Shown here piece by piece: positions 44,716-55,078 of a DNA stretch of 58,953 nt. The stretch comes from Fidelibacterota bacterium (GTDB lineage: Bacteria; Fidelibacterota; Marinisomatia; Marinisomatales; TCS56): NCBI GenBank assembly GCA_013203115.1, contig JABMQW010000206.1:1-58953 (forward strand). Reading direction: 5' to 3'. How positions within the stretch are numbered: position 1 is the stretch's first letter; every line of letters begins with the position of its first letter. A program made the position numbers and the translations under genes. The notes beneath the pieces are model-generated. The model was not told where the DNA came from. It searched no databases and was given only the letters and a program-made list of their open reading frames with translations.

Positions 44716-45116
44716 CGACGGTTTTCCTCCACCCATTTCTGAATATAATCAATCGTATCCTGAACCCTGGTTCCGGGACCAAACAATTTTCCCACACCCA
44801 ATTTGGCCAATTCATCCATATCCTTTTCCGGGATGATACCGCCGCCGGTTAGAAGCACATCGTCCAGCTCTTTTTCCAGCATCATTTCCATTACGCGTGG
44901 GAAGATGGTCATATGAGCGCCAGATAAAATTGACAGGGCAATCACGTCCACATCCTCTTGCAACGCAGCAGACACTATCATTTCCGGAGTCTGCCGCAGT
45001 CCCAGGTAGAGCACCTCCATCCCGGCATCACGATAGGCGGCAGCCAGAACTTTGATACCCCGGTCATGACCATCCAGACCCGGTTTAGCCATTAAAATTC
45101 GAATCTTACGTTCCAT
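44712..45116 (-). CDS. Methylmalonyl-CoA mutase-type cobalamin (B12)-binding small subunit/domain
   Basis: [34 protein letters not shown] carries the DxHxxG B12-binding motif, within a Rossmann-like 134-aa protein. Confidence 0.88.
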   Translation of the reverse strand: MERKIRILMAKPGLDGHDRGIKVLAAAYRDAGMEVLYLGLRQTPEMIVSAALQEDVDVIALSILSGAHMTIFPRVMEMMLEKELDDVLLTGGGIIPEKDMDELAKLGVGKLFGPGTRVQDTIDYIQKWVEENRR

Positions 45117-45301
45117 TAAATTTTCCCTTGTTATTACCCGGCTTATTCCCGCTTATGAATAAATTCTGATTATTGTTGACGAAAGGCTAAAAATTGACAC
45201 CGCTGAATTTAATGATCTTGAGAAGGAATTCCAGCATTTAGGCTAACATACGGAATACCGGCAGATCGCGTACTTTTCAGACAAAATGTAACCATGTTGA
45301 T

Positions 45302-45682
45302 TTATTCAAAAACATGCACTTTGATATCCCTTTTTATCAGTGGTGTCCAGGCGCCTTCAAATCGATTAGCACGAATAATACTGCAATTATCTACATAATG
45401 ATAGCCGGCGTACTCGGTGTGCCTTATTCTGGGTTTACCCATAATAAGATCATGATAAGGTAAACCAATTTGTACCAATTTTGCCAGAGTAACCTCCCGC
45501 AGGCCTTCCCAGCGAGCAGTAAAAAAACAAATCCGGTGTCCCTCGTTATACCGTTCGGTTATCCATTCTACAGCCCCGGGATAGACTTCTGCGTTCATTG
45601 TCCGCTCAGCGGCTTCCTCATTGGGAATATCTTCCCATAAGGTACCATCCAGATCAATCATAAATACTACTTTTTCCGACAT
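45302..45682 (-). CDS. Small HAD-superfamily phosphatase-like protein
   Basis: Motif I MIDLDGTLW, followed by FFTAR and LIMGKP. 126 aa. The family call is weak. Confidence 0.45.
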   Translation of the reverse strand: MSEKVVFMIDLDGTLWEDIPNEEAAERTMNAEVYPGAVEWITERYNEGHRICFFTARWEGLREVTLAKLVQIGLPYHDLIMGKPRIRHTEYAGYHYVDNCSIIRANRFEGAWTPLIKRDIKVHVFE

Positions 45683-45699
45683 CGTATTTCCCGTGAATT

Positions 45700-46146
45700 C
45701 TATTTTAATTTACTGTCCAAAACAAAAGTCACTGGTCCGTCATTAACCAGATCCACTTTCATCATGGCGCCGAATTCCCCTGATTCCACTGGCTGACCGT
45801 GCTTCCGCAGCCGGGCCATAAAATCCTCGTACAGTCGCTCTCCCTCATCCGGTGCCGCAGCATGGATATAACTGGGTCGGCGACCCTTGCGCCAATCACC
45901 ACAAAGGGTGAACTGGCTCACCACCAGGGCGGAACCGCCAACATCTTTTAGGGACAGATTCATCTTACCATTCTCATCATTGAAGATTCGCAGGCCGGCA
46001 ATTTTATCAGCCAGGAATCGTCCATCGGCTTCCGTGTCGCCATCTAATACTCCCAGCAGGATCAGCAGACCCTGGCCGATTTCACCAATGGTTTTACCAT
46101 CAACTTGCACTTTACTTTCGGAAACACGCTGGATTACGGCGATCAT
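45700..46146 (-). CDS. dtd: D-aminoacyl-tRNA deacylase
   Basis: [18 protein letters not shown]...GLLILLGV...VSQFTL..D..KGRRPS...NDGPVTF match the family along the full length (148 aa). Confidence 0.93.
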   Translation of the reverse strand: MIAVIQRVSESKVQVDGKTIGEIGQGLLILLGVLDGDTEADGRFLADKIAGLRIFNDENGKMNLSLKDVGGSALVVSQFTLCGDWRKGRRPSYIHAAAPDEGERLYEDFMARLRKHGQPVESGEFGAMMKVDLVNDGPVTFVLDSKLK

Positions 46147-46312
46147 TTTCTTTTCCCTTTAACCACGAATTGCTCGAATTTAACGAATACAAAACATATT
46201 AGAACGGATTCTTCCTGATTGGTGATTATTATTATTACTCTGCGTTCTTGTGTCTACGGTTTGTGGTAAACCAACCATTGACCAATGACTATTGGCCAAT
46301 GACAATTCGCCA

Positions 46313-49780
<3,468 letters not shown>

Positions 49781-50020
49781 CGGTTGTCAAAATTGGTCTT
49801 AATACAAGATAATTCACGGATAAAAATACTGAATGAAAAATGGAAGATGGAAGACGGATTATAGTTTATTTCAAATCTCAGCAGAGATCCCGATAGTTAA
49901 GTTGAATTAAGTGAAATCCCGTACTTGAGTCAGAGCGTATCGGGAGAAGCTGGGAAATGGTAGTAAAGTAATTAGTTACGAGTAGGCAGTGAAAAACGTG
50001 AGAATGCCTGCGGCTAGTAA

Positions 50021-50085
50021 GCCTGCCTGCGCTAAAGCTTTGGCAGGTAAACCCACCTGCGCTATCGCCTTCGGTGGGTAAAAAA
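50021..50085. repeat. Tandem pair of small hairpins with covarying stems and a shared loop/tail motif
   Basis: Hairpin 1: CCTGCC-TGCGCTAAAGCTTT-GGCAGG-TAAA (50022-50051). Hairpin 2: CCCACC-TGCGCTATCGCCTTC-GGTGGG-TAAAAAA (50052-50085). The stems differ but stay complementary, while the 5' loop TGCGCTA and the TAAA tail are conserved. Confidence 0.6.
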
Positions 50086-50353
50086 TGTTGTGTGTTGAAT
50101 TTTAAGTTATGCGTTATGAGTTAATTCAACATTCCAACCTTCGTCCTGCTGCTATGCACCGGGAGCTGCGGTCGGCAGGCAAAACTTTGAATTCAAAACT
50201 AATGACCAGAGACCGGCATCGCCAAGAACTGTCATACTGAGGAACCGTAGTGACGAAGTATCTCTGCTGTTAGTTGGTGGAACAAGCATCTATCAGAGAT
50301 TCTTCGCTCCGACTGTCGTCGTCACTCAGAAAGACAAACGTGTTCTGAATTGC

Positions 50354-50440
50354 GAATAATGAACAAGGATTAACGAAGGAAGAAGTGTGATTTGGGGTGT
50401 ACTTCTAAATTTAACGTTCGTTAATCGGTGTTGGATATTC
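50354..50440. repeat. 87-nt structured repeat, copy A (59-nt imperfect palindrome core at 50368-50426)
   Basis: The first 34 nt and last 24 nt are identical to copy B; the central 29 nt differ at 12 positions. Core geometry: gattaacgaa-gga-agaagt-(14-nt loop)-acttct-(10 nt)-ttcgttaatc. It lies 43 nt downstream of the Fic stop. Confidence 0.85.
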
Positions 50441-50483
50441 AGCTCTTTCTGCGTATTCCGCGTTTCAGTGGATGAAAGATGAT

Positions 50484-51080
50484 TTATGGCCGAGCAAAAT
50501 CCAGCAATGGAGCGACGTCACCCTTATCGGCAGCATGGAAGGCGGCGATGTAGGATCGGCGGGCTTCACCGGGTTTGACTAATCCGGCCTGCCCCCAGGT
50601 GAAAACCGGTTGATGATAAATATGACTGGCGATAACATCGGCCAGCAGGCGTGAATGGCGGCCATTGCCATTAGCAAAGGGATGAATGCTGACCAGCCGG
50701 TGTTTGAAACGAATTGCCAGCTCATCTGGTGAAAAAGTGTCATTTTCATACCAGTATTTAGCATCGTCGATCAGTTTCCGTACTTCAGTTGGAATTTGAT
50801 ATTTATCGACACCGATATTTTTGTTAGTTGTACGGTAATTACCAGCCCAACGCCAGACCTGGTCATACATGCGCCGATGTAATTCCAGAATAAATGCTTC
50901 GGATAATATCCGTCCCGTTTTCAGTTTGCGACCCAAGCTCCATTCCACAGCTAACTCCACGTTCAACTGTTCAAATTCATCCAGCTCACCGCGATTGGAA
51001 ACCGTGGGGATCAGCAGACCCTCCCGCTCTTCATCGGTCAGTGGGGTCTGGCCATTGGCAAAATCAATAATCAATCCCAC
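50484..51080 (-). CDS. Fic-family protein ('mobile mystery protein B' type)
   Basis: Fic motif HPFANGNGRHSR (HxFx[DE]GNGRxxR). N-terminal part: GQTPLTDEEREGLLIPTVSNRGELDEFEQLNV...LHRRMYDQVWRWAGNYR. It overlaps the upstream HTH gene by 10 nt. Confidence 0.9.
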   Translation of the reverse strand: MGLIIDFANGQTPLTDEEREGLLIPTVSNRGELDEFEQLNVELAVEWSLGRKLKTGRILSEAFILELHRRMYDQVWRWAGNYRTTNKNIGVDKYQIPTEVRKLIDDAKYWYENDTFSPDELAIRFKHRLVSIHPFANGNGRHSRLLADVIASHIYHQPVFTWGQAGLVKPGEARRSYIAAFHAADKGDVAPLLDFARP

Positions 51081-51529
51081 AGGTACCTCGGCATTGTTGT
51101 TACAATCTCGCTGGTTTTTTCGGCAATCGCCTGCTCGATTCGTTCCGGCCTGTTTTCCTGGTCTTCCAAGGCCATCGATGCGGAAGTCCGCAGTACGATT
51201 TCTCGCGCCAAATCGCGAGCCCGGTTTTCGATCATTGCTGCCAACGATCCCTCCACCGGAATGAAACCGTACACGAATTTCATGTTCAAAGCAGCGCCGA
51301 CCTGTCTCAGCACCTTTAGAGAAATCGTACCAGCTTTTTCCCGCTCTTCGATTTGTTTGACAGCCGGAGCAGTAATTCCCATCCGCCCTGCCAGTTGCCT
51401 AAGGGACATTGTCAAAGCAGTGCGCAGTGCTTTAACCCAACCGCTGGTTGGTATATCAAGCCTTTCAAGTTCTTCTAATTGCGAAAGCTTCCTGTCGAGT
51501 TGATTTAACATTAGTTTTTGATTATTCAT
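51071..51529 (-). CDS. XRE-type HTH DNA-binding protein ('mobile mystery protein A' type; putative antitoxin/regulator)
   Basis: HTH segment SLRQLAGRMGITAPAVKQIEEREKAGTISLKVLRQVGAALN. 152 aa. It is the upstream partner of the Fic gene, the arrangement described for the mobile mystery A/B pair. Confidence 0.85.
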   Translation of the reverse strand: MNNQKLMLNQLDRKLSQLEELERLDIPTSGWVKALRTALTMSLRQLAGRMGITAPAVKQIEEREKAGTISLKVLRQVGAALNMKFVYGFIPVEGSLAAMIENRARDLAREIVLRTSASMALEDQENRPERIEQAIAEKTSEIVTTMPRYLWD

Positions 51530-51561
51530 AAAGTTTCAGCTTAATTATATTGACATAAATA

Positions 51562-51609
51562 TATAGCTATACCTTTAAATATACAATGCATTAATTAAGC
51601 TATAGCTTA
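51562..51609. promoter_or_regulatory. Two palindromes sharing a TAGCTA core, 32-80 nt upstream of the HTH start (candidate operators)
   Basis: TATAGCTATA (51562-51571, perfect 10-bp palindrome) and TAAGCTATAGCTTA (51596-51609, perfect 14-bp palindrome), in a very AT-rich stretch directly upstream of the ATG at 51529. Confidence 0.4.
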
Positions 51610-51852
51610 TGTTTTGTGATTAGAATTCAGGGAACCAACGCTCAACCACAACTCATAGCTACTAACTTCTGCCCTCAGTGGCTGTAGTTCCGAAGGAGGA
51701 ACGACTGAGGCCAGTCAGTCGTAATGCAAGCGCAGGCTGGATACTCAAGCTGAAGTTTTGCACCCGACCTATGCTTGAGATTCCAGCCTACGTTTCACTT
51801 CGGCAGGTAAACTTCTCCCGACCAGCCGGGATCAGAATGACAAGCCCGTTTT

Positions 51853-51939
51853 GAATAATGAACAAGGATTAACGAAGGAAGAAGTGGGCCGGGTGGCGTA
51901 TTTCTAAGTTCATCATTCGTTAATCGGTGTTGGATATTC
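51853..51939. repeat. 87-nt structured repeat, copy B (59-nt imperfect palindrome core at 51867-51925)
   Basis: Direct repeat of 50354-50440 (75/87 identical by manual alignment). Same stem/loop geometry, with a G-U-compatible change in the inner stem (agaagt/atttct). Confidence 0.85.
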
Positions 51940-52171
51940 CCGCGCCCACCAATGATAAATGGCTATTGACACCCGAAACTTTGAAAAACATCGGGATTCT
52001 CTGCCTGTCCATCGTGGCTTAAATGTAGATGGATATCTTGGTGGTTAAAAAATGTAGAGTCGACTGGTCATACAATGGAATAAAGTTGTCTAAAAAATTG
52101 TCCAATTAATAGTAAATGACTGAATTAAGCCGACTCCTGCGTAATATTAATCCAATTTAACATAAGCCCAA

Positions 52172-54976
52172 ATGAAGAATTTCCTGATCGCCTGCCTCGT
52201 AATACTCAGCTTACAGCCTCTGTACGGACAAGCCCGCTACCGGATCACCGGCCGTGTTTTAAACCAGTCCAATCTGGCGCCCTTGGTCGGGGCGCATGTA
52301 CAATTGACCCAACCCACCGGCGGAATTGTTAAAAATACTACCACTTCCCCGGCCAGCAGATTCGATTTTAAGGAACTTGCGCCTGGCAACTACACGGTTA
52401 AAATCACCCATGTGGGCTTTCAGGAATATGAGCAGAAGGTCACGTTGGTCAGCGACCATCTTAACCTAAAAACGATCCGCCTAACCTATGCCCCGATTCC
52501 CCTGAGCCAGGTCAATGTTGAAGAAGTCCGGCCCCTGGCAATCCAGAAAGGGGACACGACCCAGTACAACGCCGAAGTATTTAAGACCAATCCCGATGCC
52601 TCGGCTGAGGACCTGGTCCGGAAAATGCCGGGCATTACGGTTAATGATGGACAGGTCCAGGCCCAGGGCGAAAATGTTCAGAAAGTCCTGGTGGATAATC
52701 GCCCCTTTTTCGGCGACGATCCCAATATCGCCTTGCGCAATCTGCCGGCGGAAATTATCGACAAAATCCAGGTCTTCGATCAGCAGAGCGAAAAAGCCCA
52801 GATGACTGGTTTTGATGACGGCAATACGGTGAAGACGATGAATATCATTACCAAGGCCGGAATGAACACCGGGCAGTTCGGTAAACTGTATGCCGGTTAT
52901 GGAGAAAACGGGAAATACCGCCTGGGCGGTAATATGAATATCTTCAGCGGCCAGCGGCGTATCTCGATTATTGGCCAGTCCAATAATGTCAATATCCAGA
53001 ATTTTGCTGCGGAAGACCTGCTGGGAGTGGTTAGCTCCACCGGAAGGCGGCGCGGAGGCCACTTCGGCGGAATGGGTGGCGGTCGCGGACACCGTCCAGG
53101 CAGTTACCGTGGATCGAGGGGCGGTAGTATCAGTGATTTCCTGGTGCCCCAGCAGGGTGGCATCTCCACGACCCATGCTATTGGCCTGAACTACCAGGAT
53201 AAATGGTGGCAGAAACTGGATATAACCGGCAGCTACTTCTTTAACTGGTCCGATAATGATAATGAATGGGAGCTTCTACGCAATTATTTTTCCAGTACCA
53301 CCCTGGCAGAGGCCTATCAGGAAAATGAAACCGTCACCAGCCGGAATCTCAATCATCGCCTGAACCTGCGCCTGGATTACAATCTCACCGAGAATGATCG
53401 CCTGACCTTCCGGCCACGCCTGACTATTCAACAGAATGATGGCTCGTCCGACCTGTCCGCAGAAAGTTTTTACGGGAGCGATCTAACTTCAGCCCTGCTT
53501 AATATTTTTAACTCAGACCTGGCCACGGTCAATTTTTCCAGCCGTCAGTATTACCGCCGCAAATTCAATAAGGAGGGACGCACCCTGTCCCTGGGATCGA
53601 ATATCTCTGCCAATTATTACACCGGTGACAGCGACCAGGAAGCTGTGAGCACGGTATTTTCAGGTGACAGCCTGCTAAGCAGCCAGCAATCAACTTTAAA
53701 CCAGGATGGCCTGGAACTCAGTGGCAATCTGTCGTTTACCGAACCCTTCGGTGCCAACGGATCAATAACCGCCTCCTATGAAATCTCCAACCAGGCCAAT
53801 TCCTCCGATAAAACGACCTACCTGCAGGCCGGGACCGAGGGTATCTTTACCCTGCTTGACAGCAGCCAGTCCAACCTGTTTACCAATGATTATCGGTCCC
53901 AGGAAACAAGTATCGGTTATCGCTACCGTAAGGATGGTACGATGTTGATCCTGCGTGGCAATTACCAATCTGCCACCCTGCGGAACGATCAGGAATTTCC
54001 CTTCAGCGCCCGGACCGAAAAAACCTACAAAAGTTTTTTACCACTATGGATAGTACGTTTTAAGATTGACGAATTTCGGCGCCTGAGTCTGGTTTACCGC
54101 CAGTCACTGCAGTTGCCATCGATCAATCAGCTCCAGGCTGTGGTCGACAACAGCAATCCCCTGCAGTTATCAGTCGGCAACCCTGACTTGAACCAGCAAT
54201 TTAACCACAGGTTATTTTTGCGCTATTCCGCCACCCGGCACGACCGGGAATCCGTTTTCTTTGCTATGCTGGTCTTCAATTATGCCACCGATTATCTCGG
54301 CAGCCGGACAATATTTGCTTCCGGAGACAGTACTGTTTATGAAGGAATACCCCTGACCAGGGGCATTCAACTGGTGATCCCGGAAAATATGGATGGCTAC
54401 CGGAACCTGCGTTCATTCATGACTTATGGCCATCCCCTGCCCTGGCTCAAATCGAATCTCAATTTGAACCTGTCGGCCAATTATACCCGTACGCCGGGCT
54501 ATCTAGGGGATCAGGAAAATTATTCTGACAGCCGGAATTACGGATTGCAGATCATCCTGACCAGCAATGTTAGTGAAAGACTTGATTTTACCATTTCCAG
54601 CAATTCCAACTGGTTCTGGATTGATAATTCGCTCGGTAATGGTGATTCACGATATTTCACTCAGAGTTCATCCTGCAAGCTGGACTGGATCCTCGGACCT
54701 GGAATCACCCTGCATTCCAGTCTGGATTACCGCTCATATACCGGTTTCTCCTTTGAAGGTAAAAATACCATAACCCTGTTAAATCTGGGCCTCGGGAAAA
54801 AACTATTCGCCGGACAAAAAGGTGAACTCCAGTTTGCTGTCTTTGATGTCCTGGGAGAGAACAGTAACCTGTCCCAATCCAGCACAGGAACCTATATTGA
54901 AGAAAACCAGTCCCTGGCACTGACCCGCTATTACCTGTTAAGCTTTACCTACCGGATAAAAAATTTCCGGATTTAA
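52172..54976 (+). CDS. Outer-membrane beta-barrel protein of the TonB-dependent-receptor-like family (CarboxypepD_reg-like N-domain, plug-like region, large barrel)
   Basis: Signal peptide LIACLVILSLQPLYGQ. YRITGRVLN...VGAHVQL...NYTVKITHVGFQEYEQKV. Plug-like segment QKGDTTQYNAEVFKTNPDASAEDLVRKMPGITVNDGQVQAQGENVQKVLVDNRPFFGDDP. Long alternating-strand C-terminal region ending ..FTYRIKNFRI. Confidence 0.8.
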   Translation: MKNFLIACLVILSLQPLYGQARYRITGRVLNQSNLAPLVGAHVQLTQPTGGIVKNTTTSPASRFDFKELAPGNYTVKITHVGFQEYEQKVTLVSDHLNLKTIRLTYAPIPLSQVNVEEVRPLAIQKGDTTQYNAEVFKTNPDASAEDLVRKMPGITVNDGQVQAQGENVQKVLVDNRPFFGDDPNIALRNLPAEIIDKIQVFDQQSEKAQMTGFDDGNTVKTMNIITKAGMNTGQFGKLYAGYGENGKYRLGGNMNIFSGQRRISIIGQSNNVNIQNFAAEDLLGVVSSTGRRRGGHFGGMGGGRGHRPGSYRGSRGGSISDFLVPQQGGISTTHAIGLNYQDKWWQKLDITGSYFFNWSDNDNEWELLRNYFSSTTLAEAYQENETVTSRNLNHRLNLRLDYNLTENDRLTFRPRLTIQQNDGSSDLSAESFYGSDLTSALLNIFNSDLATVNFSSRQYYRRKFNKEGRTLSLGSNISANYYTGDSDQEAVSTVFSGDSLLSSQQSTLNQDGLELSGNLSFTEPFGANGSITASYEISNQANSSDKTTYLQAGTEGIFTLLDSSQSNLFTNDYRSQETSIGYRYRKDGTMLILRGNYQSATLRNDQEFPFSARTEKTYKSFLPLWIVRFKIDEFRRLSLVYRQSLQLPSINQLQAVVDNSNPLQLSVGNPDLNQQFNHRLFLRYSATRHDRESVFFAMLVFNYATDYLGSRTIFASGDSTVYEGIPLTRGIQLVIPENMDGYRNLRSFMTYGHPLPWLKSNLNLNLSANYTRTPGYLGDQENYSDSRNYGLQIILTSNVSERLDFTISSNSNWFWIDNSLGNGDSRYFTQSSSCKLDWILGPGITLHSSLDYRSYTGFSFEGKNTITLLNLGLGKKLFAGQKGELQFAVFDVLGENSNLSQSSTGTYIEENQSLALTRYYLLSFTYRIKNFRI

Positions 54977-55078
54977 TTACCGGTTTCAATTCAGCACCAG
55001 TAGCACTGTCGAGCCAGACCTGTGCCGCCTGAAACTATAGTTGTAGAATGTAATTGCCGGGTTCTAATTTCAGACAAT

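Noticed and set aside
45117-45301. A cobalamin riboswitch upstream of the B12-binding mutase subunit.
   Set aside because: No B12-box-like core (GCCACTG on the transcribed strand) and no obvious multi-stem structure in the 185-nt region.
50094-50130. The hairpin GTTGAATT...AATTCAAC, considered as another attC-like site because both heptamers fit GTTRRRY/RYYYAAC.
   Set aside because: The box order is inverted (GTT box 5', AAC box 3') relative to attC (RYYYAAC...GTTRRRY), and it is only 37 nt long. I treat it as a generic hairpin.
50484-51529. Calling the Fic/HTH unit a mobile element outright.
   Set aside because: No transposase, integrase or terminal inverted repeats of an IS are present in the window. 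Only the flanking structured direct repeats argue for mobility, so it is reported as a hypothesis under findings and not as a mobile_element feature.
49781-52171. tRNA, tmRNA or other classical RNA genes, or a CRISPR array, in the two large non-coding islands.
   Set aside because: I could find no T-loop-like GTTCRANYC with a matching acceptor stem and no cloverleaf. There are no regularly spaced identical short repeats, only the two 87-nt copies 1.5 kb apart.
53042-53125. A Gly/Arg-rich low-complexity insert (GRRRGGHFGGMGGGRGHRPGSYRGSRGG) in the OM barrel protein.
   Set aside because: To my recollection, a Gly-rich patch after the plug-like region is a common trait of this OM beta-barrel family. 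It is not evidence of a fusion or a frameshift.
52481-53176. A 231-aa minus-strand ORF.
   Set aside because: It is antisense to the OM barrel gene, whose frame carries the CarboxypepD_reg-like and plug-like motifs.
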